From Candidatus Omnitrophota bacterium (lineage in GTDB: Bacteria > Omnitrophota > Gorgyraeia > Tantalellales > Tantalellaceae): a stretch of DNA of 64,000 bases. Position 1 is the stretch's first letter, and every line of letters starts with the position of its first letter. The stretch is from positions 4,337-68,336 of the forward strand of contig JBDRBY010000001.1 of the NCBI GenBank assembly GCA_043822245.1. Reading direction: 5' to 3'. Shown piece by piece: positions 56,130 through 64,000 of the stretch. The translations under genes were made by a program, and so were the position numbers. The notes under the pieces are model-generated. The model made no database searches and was not told the origin of the DNA. It saw only the letters and a program-made list of their open reading frames with translations.

Positions 56130-57896
56130 TTACCCGTTATCCTCGAGTTTTATCCCTAATTCTCTTAACTGTCTGTCATCAACGCTTGACGGCGCTCCGG
56201 TAAGAGGGCAACTACCTTTTTGTGTTTTCGGAAAAGGTATCACCTCCCGGATTGATAAATCTTTCGAAAAAAACGTCAGGAGACGGTCCAAACCAAACGC
56301 TATTCCACCATGCGGAGGCGGCCCATAACAAAAAGCCTCCAATAAAAAACCAAATTTTTTTTCACATTCGTCTTTGGCAAGACCAAGCACATCGAATATC
56401 TCCTGTTGGATATCTCTCCTATGAATCCTTATGCTCCCCGAACCTATTTCACTACCGTTTAAAACCAAATCATAAGAACGTGATTTTACTTTTGATAACT
56501 CACGTTTTTTTATTAGATCTAGATCTTCATCCCAAAAAGACGTAAACGGATGATGCTCTGATACCCATCTATTCTCTTCTTTGTTATATTGAAAAAGCGG
56601 AAAATTTACTATCCACAAAAAATTAAATTTATCTTCATCAATGAGCTTTTTCTCTTTCCCTATTTTTAAACGCAGCGCCCCCAATGCTTCACACGCAAGG
56701 CGCCTGGAATCAGCGACCATAAATATCATGTCACCGGATTTCGCGCCCGTTTTTTCGCGAATCTCGCGTAATACTTCTTCGGAAAAAAACTTTGCTATGG
56801 GCGAAGTGAATTTTTCCCCTTCGACTTTAAAGTAAGCAAGCCCCTTCGCTCCATACCCCGCGACAAAAGAGGTGAGATCATCTATCTCTCGCCGGCTTAC
56901 GCTTCCATACTCAGGAGCGGCTAAAGCCATAACACAGCCTTCTTCTTCAATACACGTTTTGAATACCTTAAAGGAGCTATTTTTAACCTCCTGCGAAATA
57001 TCATTTAAACGCATATCAAACCGAGTATCCGGCTTATCTGAACCGTATTGATTCATCGCGTCTTCGTAATCCATTCTCACGAACGGAACTTTAATCTTGC
57101 TACCAAAAATTTCTTCAAAAATGCCCTGAAATAAATGTTCACATACCTTAAAAATGTCTTCTTCGTCAACAAATGACATTTCTATATCCAGTTGCGTGAA
57201 TTCCGGTTGTCTGTCAGAACGAAGATCCTCATCACGAAAACAGCGGGCGATTTGAAAATATTTTTCTACGCCTGAGACCATTAAAAGCTGTTTAAATAGC
57301 TGCGGGGATTGAGGTAACGCGTAAAAATAACCTTTCTGTGTTCTTGAAGGAACAAGATAATCCCTCGCTCCCTCCGGAGTAGATTTGGTCAACATGGGCG
57401 TTTCAATCAATAAAAAACCTTCTTTATCAAGAAAATCGATTATCTTCTTATAAACTTTGTGTTTTATCGCTATCTTTTTCTGCATCACGGGCCTTCTCAA
57501 ATCAAGATAACGATATTTGAGCCGTACATCCTCCGCCACATCAAGCGCGTCTTTAATCTCAAAAGGCGGGGTTTCAGAGGTTGATAACACTTCAACTTTT
57601 TTTACTTCTACCTCAATTTCACCCGTTGATATCTTTGAATTAACAGTGCCGCGAGGCCTGGCTGAAACTTTGCCAAAAATTTTTACGCAAAATTCACCAC
57701 GCAGACAGTGCGCCTCTTTGTGAGCCAACTCGTTCTTCTCAGGGTCAAAAACTACCTGTGTCAACCCGTGCTTATCTCTCAGATCCATGAAGATTATCTC
57801 TCCATGATCTCTCTGTGACGCGATCCATCCGCACAAAAAAACTTCTTTGCCAATATCCTTTGAAGTAAGTTCTCCACAATTATGAGTCCTTAACAT
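56130..57896 (-). CDS. aspS: Aspartate-tRNA ligase (probably non-discriminating Asp/Asn)
   Basis: LRTHNCGEL, RDHG, PEGARDYLVPSR, FRDEDLRSDRQPEFTQ, PPHGGIAFGLDR; His in RDHG fits the non-discriminating type. Confidence 0.97.
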   Translation of the reverse strand: MLRTHNCGELTSKDIGKEVFLCGWIASQRDHGEIIFMDLRDKHGLTQVVFDPEKNELAHKEAHCLRGEFCVKIFGKVSARPRGTVNSKISTGEIEVEVKKVEVLSTSETPPFEIKDALDVAEDVRLKYRYLDLRRPVMQKKIAIKHKVYKKIIDFLDKEGFLLIETPMLTKSTPEGARDYLVPSRTQKGYFYALPQSPQLFKQLLMVSGVEKYFQIARCFRDEDLRSDRQPEFTQLDIEMSFVDEEDIFKVCEHLFQGIFEEIFGSKIKVPFVRMDYEDAMNQYGSDKPDTRFDMRLNDISQEVKNSSFKVFKTCIEEEGCVMALAAPEYGSVSRREIDDLTSFVAGYGAKGLAYFKVEGEKFTSPIAKFFSEEVLREIREKTGAKSGDMIFMVADSRRLACEALGALRLKIGKEKKLIDEDKFNFLWIVNFPLFQYNKEENRWVSEHHPFTSFWDEDLDLIKKRELSKVKSRSYDLVLNGSEIGSGSIRIHRRDIQQEIFDVLGLAKDECEKKFGFLLEAFCYGPPPHGGIAFGLDRLLTFFSKDLSIREVIPFPKTQKGSCPLTGAPSSVDDRQLRELGIKLEDNG

Positions 57897-57942
57897 AATC
57901 TCCCTCTTCTTACTGATTCCCACTTTGAAAAACTATCATCAA

Positions 57943-59238
57943 TTATGACGAGGTATCCTCTCGAAAACAACCGGTATTAAAATGCTTCCTTAATTTATTT
58001 TTCGCATTTTCAATCGTTAAAGATTCCTGACTGCCGGTTTTCATATCTTTAAGGATGAGTTCCCTCTTTTTCACTTCCTCATCACCTATTAAAACTACAA
58101 ACCCTTTTTTATCCCGATGGGCCATGCGCATTTGGCCTTTGAAAGAACGGCCCGTATGGTCCACTTCACAAGAAATGCCTGCTTCCCAAAATCGAGAGGC
58201 AGTTTTAAAAACTTCGGCGTAATTTTTTTCATCAATAGGGATCACAAGTATTCCCTGTGAATCCGGAAGAATTTCTTTTTCCTTCAGGATCAAAGCCAAT
58301 CTTTCTATCCCTACCGCGTACCCTGTGGCAGGAGTGTCATGCCCTCCCATTTGTTCAGCAAGATTATCATATCTGCCTCCCGCGGCCACAGCATCCTGGC
58401 CGCCCAAGTCCGGATGGACCACTTCAAATATAATCCCGGTATAGTAGTCTAGGCCACGCACCATATCCCGAGTCTCTTTAAAAGGGATGTTCAAATCTGA
58501 AAGAATGTTTTTAAAAGAAGTATATCCGTTTTCGCAGGTTCCGCACAGATACGACAAAATATTTGGTGAATTTTTAACTACCTGAGCGCATTTTTCTTTT
58601 TTGCAATCAAGCACGCGCAGCACGTTTGTTTCAACGCGCCTCTGACAGTCTTCGCATAGTGAATCTCTTTTTTTAGCCAAATATTCACCCAGCTCTTTTT
58701 TATACACAATCCTGTCTTTACCACATCCTAATGAATTAATCAGGATAGTAAAATTTGTAATTCCGAGACCTTTGAGCAGTAGATAAAGTGAAAATATAAG
58801 TTCCGCGTCAACATAAGGGCTCTTAGATCCCAAGATCTCAGCGCCTATCTGATGAAACTGGCGCAGTCGCCCTTTTTGTGGCCTCTCTCCCCTAAACATC
58901 GCTCCAAGATAAAACAGCTTAAGAATATCCGTGGAATTATATTTCCCGTTTTCTATGACAGCTCTTATGACTGATGCTGTTCCTTCCGGCCGGAGAGATA
59001 CATCCCTGTTGGACCTATCTTTAAATGAATACATCTCTTTCTCGACAATATCCGTACTTCCGCCTATGCTCCTGGTAAAAAGCGCTGTCTCCTCAAGCAG
59101 AGGCGTCCGGATCTCTCCATACCCAAACACTTTGAACACAGCGCGCGAGTGTTCCTCTATGCGGCGCATGATGTCAGATTCCGGCGGAAATATATCCGTC
59201 ATCCCCCTCAATGATCTATACTTCAGATTATTCCCCAT
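57943..59238 (-). CDS. hisS: Histidine-tRNA ligase
   Basis: LRPEGTA, FRGERPQKGRLRQFHQ, RGLDYYTG, AGGRYD, GIERL. Confidence 0.97.
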   Translation of the reverse strand: MGNNLKYRSLRGMTDIFPPESDIMRRIEEHSRAVFKVFGYGEIRTPLLEETALFTRSIGGSTDIVEKEMYSFKDRSNRDVSLRPEGTASVIRAVIENGKYNSTDILKLFYLGAMFRGERPQKGRLRQFHQIGAEILGSKSPYVDAELIFSLYLLLKGLGITNFTILINSLGCGKDRIVYKKELGEYLAKKRDSLCEDCQRRVETNVLRVLDCKKEKCAQVVKNSPNILSYLCGTCENGYTSFKNILSDLNIPFKETRDMVRGLDYYTGIIFEVVHPDLGGQDAVAAGGRYDNLAEQMGGHDTPATGYAVGIERLALILKEKEILPDSQGILVIPIDEKNYAEVFKTASRFWEAGISCEVDHTGRSFKGQMRMAHRDKKGFVVLIGDEEVKKRELILKDMKTGSQESLTIENAKNKLRKHFNTGCFREDTSS

Positions 59239-59264
59239 GGTTTATTCCATCTTCTGTTTTCTCA

Positions 59265-59543
59265 TCAGCGCCCCTCAACATCTAACTTCATCTTCATCCC
59301 TGACCTGAAACAAACGACTTTTTTATCGGGGATAGCTACATTTTCACCCGTTCTTGGGTTTCGTCCCGCTCTGCCTTTACGCGTCTTAACTTTAAAAATT
59401 CCAAAATTTCTTAATTCAATTTTATCACCACGGCACAGACTATTTACCATCACATCGAAAGCCCTTTGTACAACATCCTTCACCATTATCTGCTTAAACC
59501 CAGTATCCTCAGCTATCTTCATTATAATATCTTTCTTGGTCAT
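59265..59543 (-). CDS. HU/IHF family nucleoid protein (IHF-beta-like)
   Basis: MTKKD, IELRNFGIF, GRNPRTGE. Confidence 0.94.
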   Translation of the reverse strand: MTKKDIIMKIAEDTGFKQIMVKDVVQRAFDVMVNSLCRGDKIELRNFGIFKVKTRKGRAGRNPRTGENVAIPDKKVVCFRSGMKMKLDVEGR

Positions 59544-59657
59544 ATTTTCCCCTCCTCTTTGATTAGCGTATAGCGAATAGCGTATGGCCTATAAGCCCTA
59601 AACGCTATCCGCTATTCGCTAAATAAGTCCTTATGCTATCATGGGTTAGATTTTATG

Positions 59658-62600
59658 TCAATGCCGCGTTTCTTGTTTTGGCAAAAATTTAATATTACCG
59701 TGGCCCACAATAACGCTAATCTCATCAATTAGTTCGTCTTTCGGACATACGAATAAATCTTTATCCGCCTGAAGCCTGACGGTACGGCCTTGCCGCGAAG
59801 TTAAATCTATAAATAACGGCGTGCTGCCTTTAAACTTAACAAGTACGTTTTTTATACGCCTCATCATCTCGTGTTCAAGCCCGGGGCTAGCTAGTTTTAT
59901 GAGCACTGCCTTTGTAAACTGCTCTTTCACTTTCTCAAGCGGCATCACTTGTTCCGCGATTATTTTGGGGGCTTCCTCTCGAAGGTTTAATCGGCCGTAC
60001 ACATATACCAGGTTGTCTTCTTTTAAAAATTCCTGCGCGCTTCTATAAGTTTTTGGGAAAACTAAAACTTCGACAAAACTCTCAAGATCTCCAAGGCTCA
60101 GTATTGCCATTTTTTCGGCTTTTTTTCGTGTTACCGTTATCTTCACTTTAGACAATATCCCCCCTATCAACAGCTCCTTCCCGTCCACCATATCCGCTAA
60201 TTCAGAAATCTTCGCGGTTGAATAAACACTTAACAACCGCTCAAATTTGGCCAAAGGATGCTTTGTGATATAAAATCCTATCATCTCCTTTTCATTAGCA
60301 AGAAGCTCATTTTCGGGCCATTCAGGGATATTCGGTATGTTTTGAAAATTTCCTTTAAAACTTTCATCGCAGGAGGACTCATCAAAAAAAGACATCTGCC
60401 CAAGATTCTTGTCTTTATTACTTCTCGCGGCCATATCCAAAACCTTATCAAGCACACTCATTACCTGAGATCTATGTATAAGTGTTGAATCAAAAGCTCC
60501 GCATTTGACTAAGCTTTCAACAACTTTTCTGTTAACGGCTCTTGTCTCAACCTTGTAAGCGAAATCATAGATATTCTCAAACCGCCCGTACTCTTGCCTC
60601 CTGGAAATTATAGTTTCGGCCGCGCCTGTCCCGACATTTTTTACGGCTGAAAGCCCAAATCTTATGTCCTTTTCAACAACCGTAAAATCCTTAAAACTCT
60701 CGTTAATATCCGGCGGCAATATGCCAATGCCCATGCGGGAACATTCATTTATGTAATCTGACAATTTATCGCTATTGCCTTTTTCACTGGTAAGAAGCGC
60801 TGTCATAAACTCCACCGGATAATTTGCCTTAAGATAGGCGGTTCTATAGCTCACCATCGCGTATGCCGCGCTATGTGACTTATTAAAACCATAGCCGGCG
60901 AAATAGGATATAAAATCCCATATCTTTTCAGCCGTTGCCGCGTCAACACTGTTTTTTTGCGCTCCCTTTAAAAATTGTTTCTTTATTTCCGCTAAGGCTT
61001 CCTGTATTTTTTTTCCCATAACTTTACGCACATTGTCCGCTTCCGCCATGGTAAATCCGGCAAGATCGGAAACAATCTTCATAACTTGTTCCTGAAAAAC
61101 AATAATTCCATAAGTTTCTTTGAGTATAGGCTCCAGTATCGGATGATCATATTTAACTTCAATCTGCCCCTGTTTTCTTTTTATAAATTCATCAAGCATC
61201 CCGCTTCCCATCGGCCCCGGACGATAAAGCGCTAAAATTGCTATTAGATCTTCAAACTTTTCCGGCCTTAGTTTTCGCAACAGGTCCTTCATCCCACTGG
61301 ATTCAAGTTGGAATATTCCTGAAGTTTCAGCCTTGGATAAAAGCTCAAAAGTAAGCTTATTTTCCAGAGAAATGTTGTTTATATCCACTTGCTCCTTTTT
61401 TACGCGTTTAATTATTTTGATAGCCTGATCTATGACCGTCAGCGTCTTTAGCCCGAGAAAATCCATCTTTAACATACCTATCTTCTCCAATGAATTCATT
61501 GAAAAACCGGTAGTTATTTGATCATCCGCGGTCTTAAACAACGGTATGCGTTTTTGCAAAGGTTTATCTGAAATTACAACTCCGGCCGCGTGCGTTGACG
61601 CGTGACGGTTAAGCCCTTCAAGCCGTCTTGATATATCAATAAGCTGGCGAATCTCAGGGTCGGTTTCATATCTAGAGCTAAGTTCCGGCTCAATTTCAAG
61701 CGCCTGTTTAAGAGTTATACCCGGATCGTTTGGAACAAGTTTTGCTATCTTATCCACTTCAGCGTACGCTAGCCCCATAACCCTGCCCACATCTCTTAAA
61801 ACACCCTTTGCCATCATACTGCCGAAAGTAATTATTTGAGCCACATTCTGTTTGGAATATTTTTCAATGACGTAATCTATAACCTCACATCTTCTTTCAA
61901 AACAAAAGTCTATATCAATATCCGGCATGGTCACCCTTGCCGGATTAAGAAATCTTTCAAATATAAGCCCGTACTTAAGAGGATCAATATCTGTAATGCC
62001 TAAGGCATAGCTGACAATACTCCCGGCCGCGGACCCCCTTCCCGGGCCTACCGGTATACCTTTAGTTTTCGCGTGGTTTATAAAATCCCACACAATAAGA
62101 AAATAGCTTACATACCCCGACTCTTGGATAATCTTCAGTTCATGATTAACCCGCTCCGTTATTTCGTTTGAAGATGCGGGATACCGCTCTTTAATACCGC
62201 CGGCAACAAGCCGCTTGAAAAATACGTCATTATCCTCGTTTTCAGGGGCTTTAAAATGGGGCAGATGCAGCTGATCGAAATCAAGGTCTACCTTGCATCT
62301 TTCAGCGATTTTCACCGTATTGGTAACAGCTTCAGGAATCTCAGAAAACGCTTTTTTCATCTCTTCCGCGGTTTTGAAATATAACTGGTCCGTCTCAAAC
62401 CGCATCCGGTTAGGATCACTCAGAGTAGTTTGGGTCTGTATGCATAAAAGCGCGTCATGCGCTTTCGCGTCAGTTTTATCTAAATAATGAACGTCATTGG
62501 CAGCCACAAGCGGAAGGTCCATCTCACGCGCTAACTTAATTAGCTCTCGATTAAGCCGGTTTTGCTCATTAAGATGATTATCTTGAATTTCTAAATAAAA

Positions 62601-63128
62601 ATTATCCTTGCCAAAAATATCGGCATATTCACCCGCTGTTTTTTTAGCATTGCTATACTGATTGGATAAAAGAAAATGGGGCACTTCCCCTTTCAGGCAC
62701 GCGGAAGACGCGATAAGCCCCTTACTGTATTTCGCGAGTATTTCCTTATCCACTCTGGGTTTGTAATAAAACCCTTCCAAATAACCGATGGAAACTATTT
62801 CCATCAGATTTTTGTATCCTGTGATATTTTTCGATAAAAGAAGAAGATGGTAGCCGGCACCTTTAATTCCGTGGCTGGTCTTATCAAAGCGGCTTTTCGG
62901 AGCGACATAAATTTCGCATCCAAGAATAGGGTTAATACCTCTTTGTTTTGCCTGCTCATAAAAGTCAACCGCGCCGAACATATTCCCATGATCGGTTATA
63001 GCGCACGCGGGCATATTATTGGTAACCGCTAAGTCAAGCAATTCCCCTAAACGGCACGCCCCGTCGAGAAGGCTATACTGCGTATGCACATGCAGATGTA
63101 CAAAGTCGGATTGTAGTTTGTTCGTCAT
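59658..63128 (-). CDS. dnaE: DNA polymerase III alpha subunit
   Basis: FVHLHVHTQYSLLDGA PHP domain, GRGSAAGS, MPDIDIDF, HAAGVVI, YGFNKSHS; probable start ATG 63128. Confidence 0.98.
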   Translation of the reverse strand: MTNKLQSDFVHLHVHTQYSLLDGACRLGELLDLAVTNNMPACAITDHGNMFGAVDFYEQAKQRGINPILGCEIYVAPKSRFDKTSHGIKGAGYHLLLLSKNITGYKNLMEIVSIGYLEGFYYKPRVDKEILAKYSKGLIASSACLKGEVPHFLLSNQYSNAKKTAGEYADIFGKDNFYLEIQDNHLNEQNRLNRELIKLAREMDLPLVAANDVHYLDKTDAKAHDALLCIQTQTTLSDPNRMRFETDQLYFKTAEEMKKAFSEIPEAVTNTVKIAERCKVDLDFDQLHLPHFKAPENEDNDVFFKRLVAGGIKERYPASSNEITERVNHELKIIQESGYVSYFLIVWDFINHAKTKGIPVGPGRGSAAGSIVSYALGITDIDPLKYGLIFERFLNPARVTMPDIDIDFCFERRCEVIDYVIEKYSKQNVAQIITFGSMMAKGVLRDVGRVMGLAYAEVDKIAKLVPNDPGITLKQALEIEPELSSRYETDPEIRQLIDISRRLEGLNRHASTHAAGVVISDKPLQKRIPLFKTADDQITTGFSMNSLEKIGMLKMDFLGLKTLTVIDQAIKIIKRVKKEQVDINNISLENKLTFELLSKAETSGIFQLESSGMKDLLRKLRPEKFEDLIAILALYRPGPMGSGMLDEFIKRKQGQIEVKYDHPILEPILKETYGIIVFQEQVMKIVSDLAGFTMAEADNVRKVMGKKIQEALAEIKKQFLKGAQKNSVDAATAEKIWDFISYFAGYGFNKSHSAAYAMVSYRTAYLKANYPVEFMTALLTSEKGNSDKLSDYINECSRMGIGILPPDINESFKDFTVVEKDIRFGLSAVKNVGTGAAETIISRRQEYGRFENIYDFAYKVETRAVNRKVVESLVKCGAFDSTLIHRSQVMSVLDKVLDMAARSNKDKNLGQMSFFDESSCDESFKGNFQNIPNIPEWPENELLANEKEMIGFYITKHPLAKFERLLSVYSTAKISELADMVDGKELLIGGILSKVKITVTRKKAEKMAILSLGDLESFVEVLVFPKTYRSAQEFLKEDNLVYVYGRLNLREEAPKIIAEQVMPLEKVKEQFTKAVLIKLASPGLEHEMMRRIKNVLVKFKGSTPLFIDLTSRQGRTVRLQADKDLFVCPKDELIDEISVIVGHGNIKFLPKQETRH

Positions 63129-63384
63129 AGATAATAAAAAGGGTGTTGGATACCTTGATTGGGCCCCTCCGCCCGGTGTGGATCCTCCCACTCAAGGTAT
63201 CCAACACCCTCTCTAATATCCAACAGTTCACAATAGGTTTTTTACTTTTTAAGCCTTGTATTACCACTTCATTCTAGTCCAGGCCACGGGGCAGGGACAC
63301 GCGTTCGCAAACTGGAGCGATTTGCCAATCGGATAAAAAAACACACTCCACCGCTAATTTGACATACTTATTTTTAATTGAGAA

Positions 63385-64000
63385 TTACTTCCTCATCCCG
63401 ACGCGCTGGGCGGTTTGATAAACTTTCCCCTCTGTCTGAATTGAAGGAGCTATAATCACATTGACCAACTGCATCTCCCTGATATTGTGAGCGCCTAAGT
63501 TACCCATGCTTGTTGCCAAAGCACCTACCAAATTCTGCGTGCCGTCATCAAGACGAGCCGGGCCGTATAATATCTCCTCCAAGGTACTTGTTGTGCCAAC
63601 TTGTATGCGGGTTCCTCTGGGTAAGGAAGGATGCGGCATTGCCATTCCCCAATGATAACCCCTGCCGGGCGCTTCTTTGGCTCTAGCGAACGCGTTGCCA
63701 AGCATTACGGCATCAGCCCCAGCCGCGAAAGCCTTGCAAACATCCCCTCCGGTAGCCATGCCACCATCAGTTATGATTGGGATATACTTCCCTGTTTTTT
63801 TGTAATAAGCGTCTCTAGCACCGGCACAGTCGCATGTCGCGGTAATCTGCGGCACACCTATCCCAAGCACGCCTCTGGACGTGCAAGCCGTACCCGGGCC
63901 TATTCCAACAAAAATCCCCTGGCATCCGGTTTCCATAAGCTGAAGCGCGACATCATAATCCACGCAATTTCCCAAAAGAACGGGAATTTTCATATCTTTG
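63385..64000 (-). CDS. GuaB3-family IMP dehydrogenase-related protein, partial (5' end beyond the window)
   Basis: VGIGPGTACTSRGVLGIGVPQ, ITDGG, EAPGRGYHWGMA.PHPSLPRG, TEGK.YQ.AQ. Confidence 0.92.
   Translation of the reverse strand, partial: KDMKIPVLLGNCVDYDVALQLMETGCQGIFVGIGPGTACTSRGVLGIGVPQITATCDCAGARDAYYKKTGKYIPIITDGGMATGGDVCKAFAAGADAVMLGNAFARAKEAPGRGYHWGMAMPHPSLPRGTRIQVGTTSTLEEILYGPARLDDGTQNLVGALATSMGNLGAHNIREMQLVNVIIAPSIQTEGKVYQTAQRVGMRK

Noticed and set aside
59658-63191. Intein in dnaE, or the N-terminal extension MGGSTPGGG shown in the ORF track
   Set aside because: The length is normal for DnaE with no intein motifs. The extension is read from the upstream hairpin, and homology begins near FVHLH.

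Overview
Chromosomal window of a Gram-negative bacterium, about 40% GC by eye and almost entirely minus-strand coding. LpxA, an outer-membrane beta-barrel, a secretin and the overall gene content suggest a PVC-type anaerobe such as Candidatus Omnitrophota; this is an inference, not verified. From left to right it holds: (1) an unusual type IV pilus/T2SS-like operon (MerR-type HTH, ParA, PilM-PilN fusion, PilO plus extra domain, secretin-TPR, coiled-coil TPR protein, PilC/GspF); (2) yggS, metV, an NSS transporter and an ArfB-like gene; (3) a glycan locus with a GH130 phosphorylase, a ParA-CBM48 fusion and a membrane-anchored CBM-like protein; (4) a UvrD-nuclease fusion and YhaM; (5) metY-cysK-metX-metW and greA; (6) a c-di-GMP-I riboswitch ahead of a GH113-like hydrolase; (7) PhoH, M48, ttcA, suhB, lpxA, a porin and a two-component cluster; (8) a housekeeping block from tRNA-Arg and sigma70 through ppdK, glyQS, recO, dgkA, ybeY, 7TM-HD, aspS, hisS, HU/IHF, dnaE and guaB3. 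Intergenic DNA carries several small repeat families, including two copies of a MITE-like element with probable 8-bp target duplications. Two pseudogenes are visible, and CGCG appears strongly over-represented. The best candidates for undescribed biology are the two orphan ParA systems, one apparently tied to a pilus machine and one fused to a glycan-binding module. No CRISPR array, rRNA, prophage or transposase gene was seen. All family assignments come from motif recognition, not database searches.
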